A stretch of 64,000 bases of DNA from Cyanophora paradoxa CCMP329 (GCA_004431415.1 QPMI01000093.1:1-64000), one strand, 5' to 3'; shown: positions 1-15,000, numbered from the stretch's first letter. Notes: generated from the letters alone by a model not told the origin. Translations and numbers: made by a program.

Positions 1-3000
1 AACGCAGCTACCACGAATGCCGGCGCTCCTTATTCGCTCGATCCACCAGTCCGCAGGGCTCGGCGGCGGGGCCCTCAGGAAGCCTGCGCATGCGGTCCCG
101 CGGGGCCGTAACCCCCCGGGAAGGGCCGCCGGCCCGTCCGACCGCCGCACGGCGGCGGCGCTAGAAGACCGCAGGGCACGCCGCAGCGTCGCAAGCCTTA
201 CAGACGTGTCCCCGCGCGAGAGTCGCATCCTCGAACGCCTCGAAACTGGCTGGACCGCCCCTCGGAGACGGCGGCGCTGTGTACCCCCCTGACGCCGGGA
301 TTTCGATGCTGACGGAGGTGCCTCGGCCCGAACGCAGCCTACCACGAATGCCGGCGCTCCTTATTCGCTCGATCCCACCAGTCCGCAGGGCTCGGCGGCG
401 GGGGCCCCTCAGGAAGCCTGCGCATGCGTGTCCGCGGGGCCGTACCCCTCCGGGAAGGGCTCCGCCGGCCCGTCCGACCGCGCACGGCGGCGGCGCTAGA
501 CCCGCAGGGCACGCCCGCAGCGTCGCAAGCCTTACAGACGTGTCCCCGCGTCGAGAGTCGCGTCCTCGAACGCCTTCCAAACTTGGCTGGACCGCCCCTC
601 AAGAGGCGGCGGCGCTGTGTACCCCCCTGACGCCGGGATTTCGATGCTGACGGAGGCGCCCGGCCGCGAACGCAGCCTACCACGAATGCCGGCGCTCCTT
701 ATTCGCTCGATCCCACCAGTCCGCAGGGCTCGGCGGCGGGGCCCCTCAGGAAGCCTGCGCATGCGTGTCCGCGGGGCCGTACCCCTCCGGGAAGGGCTCC
801 GCCGGCCCGTCCGACCGCGCACGGCGGCGCGCTAGACCCGCAGGGCACGCCCGCAGCGTCGCAAGCCTTACAGACGTGTCCCCGCGCCGAGAGTCGCGTC
901 CTCGAACGCCTTCGAAAACTTGGCTGGACCGCCCCTCGAGCGGCGGCGCTGTTACCCCCCTGACGCCGGGATTTCGATGCTGACGGAGGCGCCCGGCCGA
1001 ACGCAGCCTACCACGAATGCCGGCGCTCCTTATTCGCTCGATCCCACCAGTCCGCAGGGCTCGGCGGCGGGGCCCCTCAGGAAGCCTGCGCATCGTGTCC
1101 GCGGGGACCCTCCGGGAAGGGCTCGCCGGCCCGTCCGACCGCGCACGGCGGCGGCGCTAGACCCGCAGGGCACGCCCGCAGCGTCGCAAGCCTTACAGAC
1201 GTGTCCCGCGCCGAGAGTCGCGTCCTCGAACGCCTTCGAAACTTGGCTGGACCGCCCCAAGAGCGGCGGCGCTGTGTACCCCCTGACGCCGGGATTTCGA
1301 TGCTGACGGAGGCGCCCGGCCCGAGCTACCACGAATGCCGGCGCTCCTTATTCGCTCGATCCCACCAGTCCGCAGGCTCGGCGCGGGGGGCCCTCAGGAA
1401 GCCTGCTGCTGCGTGCGTGTCCGCCGGGGCGCGTACCCCTCCGGGCCGCTCGCGCCGGCCCGTCGACGCGCACGGCGGCGGCGCTAGACCCGCAGGGCAC
1501 GCCCGCAGCGTCGCAAGCCTTACAGACGTGTCCCCGCGTCGAGAGTCGCATCCTCGAACGCCTTCGAAACTTGGCTGGACCGCCCTCAAGAGGCGGCGGC
1601 GCTGTGTACCCCCCTGACGCCGGGATTTCGATGCTGACGGAGGCGCCCCGGCCCGAACGCAGCCTACCACGAATGCCGGCGCTCCTTATTCGCTCGATCC
1701 CACCAGTCCGCAGGGCTCGGCGGCGGGGGCCCCTCAGGAAGCCTGCGCATGCGTGTCCGCGGGGCCGTACCCCTCCGGGAAGGGCTCCGCCGGCCCGTCC
1801 GACCGCGCACGGCGGCGGCGCTAGACCCGCAGGGCACGCCCGCAGCGTCGCAAGCCTTACAGACGTGTCCCCGCGTCGAGAGTCGCGTCCTCGAACGCCT
1901 TCCAAACTTGGCTGGACCGCCCCTCAAGAGGCGGCGGCGCTGTGTACCCCCCTGACGCCGGGATTTCGATGCTGACGGAGGCGCCCCGGCCCGAACGCAG
2001 CCTACCACGAATGCCGGCGCTCCTTATTCGCTCGATCCCACCAGTCCAGGCTCGGCGGCGGGGGCCCCTCAGGAAGCCTGCGCATGCGTGTCCGCGGGGC
2101 CGTACCCCCGGGAAGGGCTCCGCCGGCCCGTCCGACCGCGCACGGCGGCGGCGCTAGACCCAGGCACGCCCGCAGCGTCGCAAGCCTTACAGACGTGTCC
2201 CCGCGCCGAGAGTCGCGTCCTCGAACGCCTTCGAAACTTGGCTGGACCGCCCCTCGAGCGGCGGCGCTGTGTACCCCCTGACGCCGGGATTTCGATGCTG
2301 ACGGAGGTGCCCGGCCCGAACGCAGCCTACACGAATGCCGGCGCTCCTTATTCGCTCGATCCCACCAGTCCGCAGGGCTCGGCCGCGGGGGCCCCTCAGG
2401 AAGCCTGCGCATGCGTGTCCGCGGGGCCGTACCCCTCCGGGAAGGGCTCCGCCGGCCCGTCCGACCGCGCACGGCGGCGGCGCTAGACCCGCAGGGCACG
2501 CCCGCAGCGTCGCAAGCCTTACAGACGTGTCCCCGCGCCGAGAGTCGCGTCCTCGAACGCCTTCGAAACTTGGCTGGACCGCCCCTCAAGAGGCGGCGGC
2601 GCTGTGTACCCCCCTGACGCCGGGATTTCGATGCTGACGGAGGCGCCCCGGCCCGAACGCAGCCTACCACGAATGCCGGCGCTCCTTATTCGCTCGATCC
2701 CACCAGTCCGCAGGGCTCGGCGGCGGGGCCCCTCAGGAAGCCTGCGCATGCGTGTCCGCGGGGCCGTACCCCTCCGGGAAGGGCTCCGCCGGCCCGTCCG
2801 ACCGCGCACGGCGGCGGCGCTAGACCCGCAGGGCACGCCCGCAGCGTCGCAAGCCTTACAGACGTGTCCCGCGCCGAGAGTCGCGTCCTCGAACGCCTTC
2901 GAAACTTGGCTGGACCGCCCCTCAAGAGGCGGCGGCGCTGTGTACCCCCTGACGCCGGGATTTCGATGCTGACGGAGGCGCCCCGGCCCGAACGCAGCCT

Positions 3001-6000
3001 ACCACGAATGCCGGCGCTCCTTATTCGCTCGATCCCACCAGTCCGCAGGGCTCGGCGGCGGGGGCCCCTCAGGAAGCCTGCGCATGCGTGTCCGCGGGCC
3101 GTACCCCTCCGGGAAGGGCTCCGCCGGCCCGTCCGACCGCGCACGGCGGCGGCGCTAGACCCGCAGGGCACGCCCGCAGCGTCGCAAGCCTTACAGACGT
3201 GTCCCCGCGCCGAGAGTCGCGTCCTCGAACGCCTTCGAAACTTGGCTGGACCGCCCCTCAAGAGGCGGCGGCGCTGTGTACCCCCCTGACGCCGGGATTT
3301 CGATGCTGACGGAGGCGCCCCGGCCCGAACGCAGCCTACCACGAATGCCGGCGCTCCTTATTCGCTCGATCCCACCAGTCCGCAGGGCTCGGCGGCGGGG
3401 GCCCCTCAGGAAGCCTGCACATGCGTGTCCGCGGGGCCGTACCCCTCCGGGAAGGGCTCCGCCGGCCCGTCCGACCGCGCACGGCGGCGGCGCTAGACCC
3501 GCAGGGCACGCCCGCAGCGTCGCAAGCCTTACAGACGTGTCCCCGCGCCGAGAGTCGCGTCCTCGAACGCCTTCGAAACTTGGCTGGACCGCCCCTCAAG
3601 AGGCGGCGGCGCTGTGTACCCCCCTGACGCCGGGATTTCGATGCTGACGGAGGCGCCCCGGCCCGAACGCAGCCTACCACGAATGCCGGCGCTCCTTATT
3701 CGCTCGATCCCACCAGTCCGCAGGGCTCGGCGGCGGGGGCCCTCAGGAAGCCTGCGCATGCGTGTCCGCGGGGCCGTACCCCTCCGGGAAGGGCTCCGCC
3801 GGCCCGTCCGACCGCGCACGGCGGCGGCGCTAGACCCGCAGGGCACGCCCGCAGCGTCGCAAGCCTTACAGACGTGTCCCCGCGCCGAGAGTCGCGTCCT
3901 CGAACGCCTTCGAAACTTGGCTGGACCGCCCCTCGAGACGGCGGCGCTGTGTACCCCCTGACGCCGGGATTTCGATGCTGACGGAGGCGCCCCGGCCCGA
4001 ACGCAGCCTACCACGAATGCCGGCGCTCCTTATTCGCTCGATCCCACCAGTCCGCAGGGCTCGGCGGCGGGGGCCCCTCAGGAAGCCTGCGCATGCGTGT
4101 CCGCGGGGCCGTACCCCTCCGGGAAGGGCTCCGCCGGCCCGTCCGACCGCGCACGGCGGCGCCGCTAGACCCGCAGGGCACGCCCGCAGCGTCGCAAGCC
4201 TTACAGACGTGTCCCCGCGCCGAGAGTCGCGTCGAACGCCTTCGAAACTTGGCTGGACCGCCCCTCAAGAGGCGGCGGCGCTGTGTACCCCCCTGACGCC
4301 GGGATTTCGATGCTGACGGAGGCGCCCCGGCCCGAACGCAGCCTACCACGAATGCCGGCGCTCCTTATTCGCTCGATCCCACCAGTCCGCAGGGCTCGGC
4401 GGCGGGGGCCCCTCAGGAAGCCTGCGCATGCGTGTCCGCGGGGCCGTACCCCTCCGGGAAGGGCTCCGCCGGCCCGTCCGACCGCGCACGGCGGCGGCGC
4501 TAGACCCGCAGGGCACGCCCGCAGCGTCGCAAGCCTTACAGACGTGTCCCCGCGCCGAGAGTCGCGTCCTCGAACGCCTTCGAAACTTGGCTGGACCGCC
4601 CCTCAAGAGGCGGCGGCGCTGTGTACCCCCTGACGCCGGGATTTCGATGCTGACGGAGGTGCCCGGCCCGAACGCAGCCTACACGAATGCCGGCGCTCCC
4701 TTATTCGCTCGATCCCACCAGTCGCAGGCTCGGCGGCGGGGCCCTCAGGGCCTGCGCATGCGTGTCCGCGGGCCGTACCCTCCGGGAAGGGCTCCGCCGG
4801 CCCGTCGACCGCGCACGCGGCGCGCTAGACCCGAGGCACGCCCGCAGCGTCGCAAGCCTTACAGACGTGTCCCGCCGAGAGTCGCGTCTCGAACGCTTCC
4901 AAACTTGGCTGGACCGCCTCAGAGGCGGCGGCGCTGTGTACCCCCTGACGCCGGGATTTCGATGCTGCGGAGGTGCCTCGGCCGAAGCAGCTACACGAAT
5001 GCCGGCGCTCCTTATTCGCTCGATCCCACCAGTCCGCAGGCTCGCGGCGGGGGCCTCAGGAAGCTGCGCATGCGTGTCGCGGGGCCGTACCCTCCGGGAA
5101 GGGCTCGCCGGCCGTCCGACCGCGCACGGCGGCGGCGCTAGACCGCAGGCACCCGCAGCGTCGCAAGCCTTACAGACGTGTCCCGCCGAGAGTCGCGTCC
5201 TCGAACGCCTTCAAACTTGGCTGGACCGCCCTCAAGAGGCGGCGCGCTGTGTACCCCTGACGCCGGGATTTCGATGCTGACGGAGGCCCCGGCCGAAACG
5301 CGCTACACGAATGCGGCGCTCCTTATTCGCTCGATCCACAGTCCGCAGGGCTCGGCGGCGGGGCCTCAGGAAGCTGCGCATGCGTGTCCGCGGGCGTACC
5401 CTCGGGAAGGGCTCCGCGGCCGTCGACGCGCACGGCGGCGGCGCTAGACCGCAGGGCACGCCGCAGCGTCGCAAGCTTACAGACGTGTCCCGCGCGAGAG
5501 TCGCGTCCTCGAACGCTTCGAAACTTGGCTGGACGCCTCAGAGGCGCGGCGCTGTGTACCCCCTGACGCCGGGATTTCGATGCTGACGGAGGCGCCCGGC
5601 CGAACGCAGCCTACCACGAATGCGGGCTCCTTATTCGCTCGATCCCACCAGTCGCAGGGCTCGGCGGCGGGGCCCTCAGGAGCCTGCGCATGCGTGTCCG
5701 CGGGGCCGTACCCTCCGGGAAGGGCTCCGCGGCCGTCGACCGCGCACGGCGGCGGCGCTAGACCGCAGGGCACGCCGCAGCGTCGCAAGCCTTACAGACG
5801 TGTCCCGCGCGAGAGTCGCGTCCTCGAACGCCTTCGAAACTTGGCTGGGACCGCCCCTCAAGACGGCGGCGCTGTGTACCCCTGACGCCGGGATTTCGAT
5901 GCTGACGGAGGCGCCCGGCCGAACGCAGCCTACACGAATGCCGGCGCTCCTTATTCGCTCGATCCACCAGTCCGCAGGGCTCGGCGGCGGGGGCCTCAGG

Positions 6001-9000
6001 AAGCTGCGCATAGCGTGTCCGCGGGGCCGTACCTCGGGAAGGGCTCCGCCGGCCGTCCGACCGCGCACGGCGGCGGCGCTAGACCGCAGGGCACGCCGCA
6101 GCGTCGCAAGCCTTACAGACGTGTCCCGCGCGAGAGTCGCGTCCTCGAACGCCTTCCAAACTTGGCTGGACCGCCCTCAAGAGGCGGCGGCGCTGTGTAC
6201 CCCTGACGCGGATTTCGATGCTGACGGAGGCGCCCGGCCGACGCAGCCTACACGAATGCGGCGCTCCTTATTCGCTCGATCCACAGTCCGCAGGGCTCGG
6301 CGGCGGGGCCCTCAGGAAGCCTGCGATGCGTGTCGCGGGGCCGTACCCTCCGGGAAGGGCTCGCGGCCCGTCGACGCGCACGGCGGCGGCGCTAGACCCG
6401 CAGGCACCCGCAGCGTCGAAGCCTTACAGACGTGTCCCCGCCGAGAGTCGCGTCTCGAACGCTTCGAACTTGGCTGGACGCCCTCAGAGGCGCGGCGCTG
6501 TGTACCCCTGACGCCGGGATTTCGATGCTGACGGAGGCGCCCGGCCGAAGCAGCTACACGATGCCGGCGCTCCTTATTCGCTCGATCCACAGTCGCAGGG
6601 CTCGGCGGCGGGGCCCTCAGGAAGCCTGCGCATGCTGTCGCGGGCCGTACCCTCCGGGAAGGGCTCCGCGGCCGTCGACCGCGCACGGCGGCGGCGCTAG
6701 ACCGCAGGCACGCCCGCAGCGTCGCAAGCCTTACAGACGTGTCCCGCGCCGAGAGTCGCGTCCTCGAACGCCTTCAAACTTGGCTGGACGCCCTCAAGAG
6801 CGGCGGCGCTGTGTACCCCCTGACGCGGGATTTCGATGCTGACGGAGGCGCCCGGCCCGAACGCAGCCTACCACGAATGCCGGCGCTCCTTATTCGCTCG
6901 ATCCACAGTCCGCAGGGCTCGGCGGCGGGGCCCTCAGGAAGCTGCGCATGCGTGTCGCGGGCCGTACCTCCGGGAAGGGCTCCGCCGGCCGTCCGACCGC
7001 GCACGCGGGCGCTAGACCCGCAGGGCACGCCCGCAGCGTCGCAAGCCTTACAGACGTGTCCCCGCGCGAGAGTCGCGTCCTCGAACGCCTTCAAACTTGG
7101 CTGGACCGCCCTCAGAGACGGCGGCGCTGTGTACCCCCTGACGCGGATTTCGATGCTGACGGAGGCGCCCGGCCCGAACGCAGCCTACCAGAATGCCGGC
7201 GCTCCTTATTCGCTCGATCCACAGTCCGCAGGGCTCGGCGGCGGGGGCCCTCAGGAAGCCTGCGCATGCGTGTCGCGGGGCCGTACCCCTCCGGGAAGGG
7301 CTCGCCGGCCCGTCCGACCGCGCACGGCGGCGGCGCTAGACCCGCAGGGCACGCCCGCAGCGTCGCAAGCCTTACAGACGTGTCCCGCGCGAGAGTCGCG
7401 TCCTCGAACGCCTTCCAAACTTGGCTGACCGCCCCTCAAGACGGCGGCGCTGTGTACCCCTGACGCCGGGATTTCGATGCTGACGGAGGCCCCGGCCCGA
7501 ACGCAGCCTACACGAATGCGGCGCTCTTATCGCTCGATCCACCAGTCCGCAGGCTCGGCGGCGGGGCCCTCAGGAAGCTGCGCATGCGTGTCCGGGCCGT
7601 ACCCTCCGGGAAGGGCTCCGCCGGCCGTCCGACCGCACGCGGCGGCGCTAGACCGCAGGGCACGCCCGCAGCGTCGCAAGCCTTACAGACGTGTCCCGCG
7701 CCGAGAGTCGCGTCTCGAACGCCTTCAAACTTGGCTGACCGCCTCAGAGCGGCGGCGCTGTGTACCCCCTGACGCCGGGATTTCGATGCTGACGGAGGCG
7801 CCCCGGCCGAACGCAGCTACCACGAATGCGGCGCTCCTTATTCGCTCGATCCCACCAGTCCGCAGGCTCGGCGGCGGGGGCCCTCAGGAAGCCTGCGCAT
7901 GCGTGTCCGCGGGCCGTACCCTCCGGAAGGGCTCCGCCGGCCGTCCGACGCGCACGGCGGGGCGCTAGACCGCAGGGCACGCCGCAGCGTCGCAAGCCTT
8001 ACAGACGTGTCCCGCGCCGAGAGTCGCGTCCTCGAACGCCTTCGAAACTTGGCTGGACCGCCCTCAAGAGCGGCGGCGCTGTGTACCCCCTGACGCCGGG
8101 ATTCGATGCTGACGGAGGCGCCCCGGCCGAACGCAGCTACCACGAATGCCGGCGCTCCTTATTCGCTCGATCCACAGTCCGCAGGCTCGCGGCGGGGGCC
8201 TCAGGAAGCCTGGCATGCGTGTCCGCGGGCGTACCCTCCGGGAAGGGCTCCGCGGCCGTCCGACCGCGCACGCGGCGGCGCTAGACCGCAGGCACGCCCG
8301 CAGCGTCGCAAGCCTTACAGACGTGTCCCCGCGCCGAGAGTCGCGTCCTCGAACGCCTTCGAAACTTGGCTGGACCGCCCTCAAGAGGCGGCGGCGCTGT
8401 GTACCCCCTGACGCCGGGATTTCGATGCTGACGGAGGCGCCCGGCCCGAACGCAGCCTACACGAATGCCGGCGCTCCTTATTCGCTCGATCCCACCAGTC
8501 CGGGCTCGGCGGCGGGGGCCCTCAGGAAGCCTGCGCATGCGTGTCCGCGGGGCCGTACCCTCCGGGAAGGGCTCCGCCGGCCCGTCCGACCGCGCACGGC
8601 GCGGCGCTAGACCCGCAGGGCACGCCGCAGCGTCGCAAGCCTTACAGACGTGTCCCCGCGCCGAGAGTCGCGTCCTCGAACGCCTTCAAACTTGGCTGGA
8701 CCGCCCCTCAAGAGGCGGCGGCGCTGTGTACCCCTGACGCCGGGATTTCGATGCTGACGGAGGCGCCCGGCCGAACGCAGCCTACCACGAATGCCGGCGC
8801 TCCTTATTCGCTCGATCCACCAGTCGCAGGGCTCGGCGGCGGGGGCCCTCAGGAAGCCTGCGCATGCGTGTCCGCGGGCCGTACCCTCGGGAAGGGCTCC
8901 CGGCCGTCCGACCGCGCACGGCGGCGGCGCTAGACCGCAGGGCACGCCCGCAGCGTCGCAAGCCTTACAGACGTGTCCCGCGCGAGAGTCGCGTCCTCGA

Positions 9001-12000
9001 ACGCCTTCGAAACTTGGCTGGACCGCCCTCAGAGACGGCGCGCTGTGTACCCCCTGACGCCGGATTTCGATGCTGACGGAGGCGCCCGGCCCGAACGCAG
9101 CCTACCACGAATGCCGGCGCTCCTTATTCGCTCGATCCCACCAGTCGCAGGGCTCGGCGGCGGGGCCCTCAGGAAGCCTGCGCATGCGTGTCCGCGGGCC
9201 GTACCCTCCGGAAGGGCTCCGCCGGCCGTCCGACGCGCACGGCGGCGGCGCTAGACCCGCAGGGCACGCCCGCAGCGTCGCAAGCCTTACAGACGTGTCC
9301 CGCGCCGAGAGTCGCGTCCTCGAACGCCTTCGAAACTTGGCTGGACCGCCCTCAAGAGCGGCGGCGCTGTGTACCCCCTGACGCCGGGATTTCGATGCTG
9401 ACGGAGGCGCCCGGCCCGAACGCAGCCTACCACGAATGCGGCGCTCCTTATTCGCTCGATCCCACCAGTCGCAGGGCTCGGCGGCGGGGGCCCCTCAGGA
9501 AGCCTGCGCATGCGTGTCCGGGGCCGTACCCCTCCGGGAAGGGCTCCGCCGGCCCGTCCGACGCGCACGGCGGCGGCGCTAGACCCGCAGGGCACGCCCG
9601 CAGCGTCGCAAGCCTTACAGACGTGTCCCCGCGCCGAGAGTCGCGTCCTCGAACGCCTTCAAACTTGGCTGGACCGCCCCTCAAGAGGCGGCGGCGCTGT
9701 GTACCCCCTGACGCCGGGATTTCGATGCTGACGGAGGCGCCCCGGCCCGAACGCAGCCTACCACGAATGCCGGCGCTCCTTATTCGCTCGATCCCACCAG
9801 TCCGCAGGGCTCGGCGGCGGGGCCCCTCAGGAAGCCTGCGCATGCGTGTCCGCGGGGCCGTACCCCTCCGGGAAGGGCTCCGCCGGCCCGTCCGACCGCG
9901 CACGGCGGCGGCGCTAGACCGCAGGGCACGCCCGCAGCGTCGCAAGCCTTACAGACGTGTCCCCGCGCCGAGAGTCGCGTCCTCGAACGCCTTCAAACTT
10001 GGCTGGACCGCCCCTCAAGAGGCGGCGGCGCTGTGTACCCCCTGACGCCGGGATTTCGATGCTGACGGAGGCGCCCCGGCCCGAACGCAGCCTACCACGA
10101 ATGCCGGCGCTCCTTATTCGCTCGATCCCACCAGTCCGCAGGGCTCGGCGGCGGGGCCCTCAGGAAGCCTGCGCATGCGTGTCCGCGGGGCCGTACCCTC
10201 CGGGAAGGCTCCGCCGGCCCGTCCGACCGCGCACGGCGGCGGCGCTAGACCCGCAGGGCACGCCCGCAGCGTCGCAAGCCTTACAGACGTGTCCCCGCGC
10301 CGAGAGTCGCGTCCTCGAACGCCTTCGAAACTTGGCTGGACCGCCCTCAAGAGCGGCGGCGCTGTGTACCCCCTGACGCCGGATTTCGATGCTGACGGAG
10401 GGCCCCGGCCGAACGCAGCCTACCACGAATGCCGGCGCTCCTTATTCGCTCGATCCCACCAGTCCGCAGGGCTCGGCGGCGGGGGCCCCTCAGGAAGCCT
10501 GCGCATGCGTGTCCGCGGGGCCGTACCCCTCCGGGAAGGGCTCCGCCGGCCCGTCCGACCGCGCACGGCGGCGGCGCTAGACCCGCAGGGCACGCCGCAG
10601 CGTCGCAAGCCTTACAGACGTGTCCCCGCGCGAGAGTCGCGTCCTCGAACGCCTTCAAACTTGGCTGGACCGCCCCTCAAGAGGCGGCGGCGCTGTGTAC
10701 CCCCTGACGCCGGGATTTCGATGCTGACGGAGGCGCCCCGGCCCGAACGCAGCCTACCACGAATGCCGGCGCTCCTTATTCGCTCGATCCCACCAGTCCG
10801 CAGGGCTCGGCGGCGGGGCCCTCAGGAAGCCTGCGCATGCGTGTCCGCGGGGCCGTACCCCTCCGGGAAGGGCTCCGCCGGCCCGTCCGACCGCACACGG
10901 CGGCGGCGCTAGACCCGCAGGGCACGCCCGCAGCGTCGCAAGCCTTACAGACGTGTCCCCGCGCCGAGAGTCGCGTCCTCGAACGCCTTCGAAACTTGGC
11001 TGGACCGCCCTCAAGAGGCGGCGCGCTGTGTACCCCCTGACGCCGGGATTTCGATGCTGACGGAGGCGCCCCGGCCCGAACGCAGCCTACACGAATGCCG
11101 GCGCTCCTTATTCGCTCGATCCCACCAGTCCGCAGGGCTCGGCGGCGGGGCCCCTCAGGAAGCCTGCGCATGCGTGTCCGCGGGCCGTACCCCTCCGGGA
11201 AGGGCTCCGCCGGCCCGTCCGACCGCGCACGGCGGCGGCGCTAGACCCGCAGGGCACGCCCGCAGCGTCGCAAGCCTTACAGACGTGTCCCCGCGCCGAG
11301 AGTCGCGTCCTCGAACGCCTTCAAACTTGGCTGGACCGCCCCTCAAGAGGCGGCGGCGCTGTGTACCCCCCTGACGCCGGGATTTCGATGCTGACGGAGG
11401 CGCCCCGGCCCGAACGCAGCCTACCACGAATGCCGGCGCTCCTTATTCGCTCGATCCCACCAGTCCGCAGGGCTCGGCGGCGGGGGCCCCTCAGGAAGCC
11501 TGCGCATGCGTGTCCGCGGGGCCGTACCCCTCCGGGAAGGGCTCCGCCGGCCCGTCCGACCGCGCACGGCGGCGGCGCTAGACCCGCAGGGCACGCCCGC
11601 AGCGTCGCAAGCCTTACAGACGTGTCCCCGCGCCGAGAGTCGCGTCCTCGAACGCCTTCGAAACTTGGCTGGACCGCCCCTCGGAGGCGGCGGCGCTGTG
11701 TACCCCCTGACGCCGGGATTTCGATGCTGACGGAGGCGCCCGGCCCGAACGCAGCCTACCACGAATGCCGGCGCTCCTTATTCGCTCGATCCCACCAGTC
11801 CGCAGGGCTCGGCGGCGGGGCCCCTCAGGAAGCCTGCGCATGCGTGTCCGCGGGGCCGTACCCTCCGGGAAGGGCTCCGCCGGCCCGTCCGACCGCGCAC
11901 GGCGGCGGCGCTAGACCCGCAGGGCACGCCCGCAGCGTCGCAAGCCTTACAGACGTGTCCCCGCGCCGAGAGTCGCGTCCTCGAACGCCTTCGAAACTTG

Positions 12001-15000
12001 GCTGGACCGCCCTCAAGAGGCGGCGGCGCTGTGTACCCCCTGACGCCGGGATTTCGATGCTGACGGAGGCGCCCCGGCCCGAACGCAGCCTACCACGAAT
12101 GCCGGCGCTCCTTATTCGCTCGATCCCACCAGTCCGCAGGGCTCGGCGGCGGGGGCCCCTCAGGAAGCCTGCGCATGCGTGTCCGCGGGGCCGTACCCCT
12201 CCGGGAAGGGCTCCGCCGGCCCGTCCGACCGCGCACGGCGGCGGCGCTAGACCCGCAGGGCACGCCCGCAGCGTCGCAAGCCTTACAGACGTGTCCCGCG
12301 CCGAGAGTCGCGTCCTCGAACGCCTTCCAAACTTGGCTGGACCGCCCCTCAAGAGGCGGCGGCGCTGTGTACCCCCCTGACGCCGGGATTTCGATGCTGA
12401 CGGAGGCGCCCCGGCCCGAACGCAGCCTACCACGAATGCCGGCGCTCCTTATTCGCTCGATCCCACCAGTCCGCAGGGCTCGGCGGCGGGGCCCCTCAGG
12501 AAGCCTGCGCATGCGTGTCCGCGGGCCGTACCCCTCCGGGAAGGGCTCCGCCGGCCCGTCCGACCGCGCACGGCGGCGGCGCTAGACCCGCAGGGCACGC
12601 CCGCAGCGTCGCAAGCCTTACAGACGTGTCCCCGCGCCGAGAGTCGCGTCCTCGAACGCCTTCGAAACTTGGCTGGACCGCCCCTCAAGAGGCGGCGGCG
12701 CTGTGTACCCCCTGACGCCGGGATTTCGATGCTGACGGAGGCGCCCCGGCCCGAACGCAGCCTACCACGAATGCCGGCGCTCCTTATTCGCTCGATCCCA
12801 CCAGTCCGCAGGGCTCGGCGGCGGGGGCCCCTCAGGAAGCCTGCGCATGCGTGTCCGCGGGGCCGTACCCCTCCGGGAAGGGCTCCGCCGGCCCGTCCGA
12901 CCGCGCACGGCGGCGGCGCTAGACCCGCAGGGCACGCCCGCAGCGTCGCAAGCCTTACAGACGTGTCCCCGCGCCGAGAGTCGCGTCCTCGAACGCCTTC
13001 GAAACTTGGCTGGACCGCCCCTCAAGAGGCGGCGGCGCTGTGTACCCCCCTGACGCCGGGATTTCGATGCTGACGGAGGCGCCCCGGCCCGAACGCAGCC
13101 TACCACGAATGCCGGCGCTCCTTATTCGCTCGATCCCACCAGTCCGCAGGGCTCGGCGGCGGGGGCCCTCAGGAAGCCTGCGCATGCGTGTCCGCGGGCC
13201 GTACCCCTCCGGGAAGGGCTCCGCCGGCCCGTCCGACCGCGCACGGCGGCGGCGCTAGACCCGCAGGGCACGCCCGCAGCGTCGCAAGCCTTACAGACGT
13301 GTCCCCGCGCCGAGAGTCGCGTCCTCGAACGCCTTCGAAACTTGGCTGGACCGCCCCTCAAGAGCCGGCGGCGCTGTGTACCCCCCTGACGCCGGGATTT
13401 CGATGCTGACGGAGGCGCCCCGGCCCGAACGCAGCCTACCACGAATGCCGGCGCTCCTTATTCGCTCGATCCCACCAGTCCGCAGGGCTCGGCGGCGGGG
13501 GCCCCTCAGGAAGCCTGCGCATGCGTGTCCGCGGGGCCGTACCCCTCCGGGAAGGGCTCCGCCGGCCCGTCCGACCGCGCACGGCGGCGGCGCTAGACCC
13601 GCAGGGCACGCCCGCAGCGTCGCAAGCCTTACAGACGTGTCCCCGCGCCGAGAGTCGCGTCCTCGAACGCCTTCGAAACTTGGCTGGACCGCCCCTCAAG
13701 AGGCGGCGGCGCTGTGTACCCCCTGACGCCGGGATTTCGATGCTGACGGAGGCGCCCCGGCCCGAACGCAGCCTACCACGAATGCCGGCGCTCCTTATTC
13801 GCTCGATCCCACCAGTCCGCAGGGCTCGGCGGCGGGGGCCCCTCAGGAAGCCTGCGCATGCGTGTCCGCGGGGCCGTACCCCTCCGGGAAGGGCTCCGCC
13901 GGCCCGTCCGACCGCACACGGCGGCGGCGCTAGACCCGCAGGGCACGCCCGCAGCGTCGCAAGCCTTACAGACGTGTCCCCGCGCCGAGAGTCGCGTCCT
14001 CGAACGCCTTCCAAACTTGGCTGGACCGCCCTTTAAGAGGCGGCGGCGCTGTGTACCCCCCTGACGCCGGGATTTCGATGTTGACGGAGGCGCCCCGGCC
14101 CGGACGCCGCCTACTACGAATGCCGGCGCTCCTTATTCGCTCGATCCCACCAGTCCGCAGGGCTCGGCGGCGGGGGCCCCTCAGGAAGCCTGCGCATGCG
14201 TGTCCGCGGGGCCGTACCCCTCCGGGAAGGGCTCCGCCGGCCCGTCCGACCGCGCACGGCGGCGGCGCTAGACCCGCAGGGCACGCCCGCAGCGTCGCAA
14301 GCCTTACAGACGTGTCCCCGCGCCGAGAGTCGCGTCCTCGAACGCCTTCGAAACTTGGCTGGACCGCCCCTCAAGAGGCGGCGGCGCTGTGTACCCCCCT
14401 GACGCCGGGATTTCGATGCTGACGGAGGCGCCCCGGCCCGAACGCAGCCTACCACGAATGCCGGCGCTCCTTATTCGCTCGATCCCACCAGTCCGCAGGG
14501 CTCGGCGGCGGGGGCCCCTCAGGAAGCCTGCGCATGCGTGTCCGCGGGGCCGTACCCCTCCGGGAAGGGCTCCGCCGGCCCGTCCGACCGCGCACGGCGG
14601 CGGCGCTAGACCCGCAGGGCACGCCCGCAGCGTCGCAAGCCTTACAGACGTGTCCCCGCGCCGAGAGTCGCGTCCTCGAACGCCTTCGAAACTTGGCTGG
14701 ACCGCCCCTCGGAGGCGGCGGCGCTGTGTACCCCCTGACGCCGGGATTTCGATGCTGACGGAGGCGCCCCGGCCCGAACGCAGCCTACCACGAATGCCGG
14801 CGCTCCTTATTCGCTCGATCCCACCAGTCCGCAGGGCTCGGCGGCGGGGGCCCCTCAGGAAGCCTGCGCATGCGTGTCCGCGGGGCCGTACCCCTCCGGG
14901 AAGGGCTCCGCCGGCCCGTCCGACCGCGCACGGCGGCGGCGCTAGACCCGCAGGGCACGCCCGCAGCGTCGCAAGCCTTACAGACGTGTCCCCGCGCCGA

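Noticed and set aside
4650-10400. Apparently diverged satellite domain (also ~32500-44300 and 46200-47100)
   Set aside because: The differences are almost all scattered single-base deletions. That is typical of low-coverage long-read consensus error rather than biological divergence.
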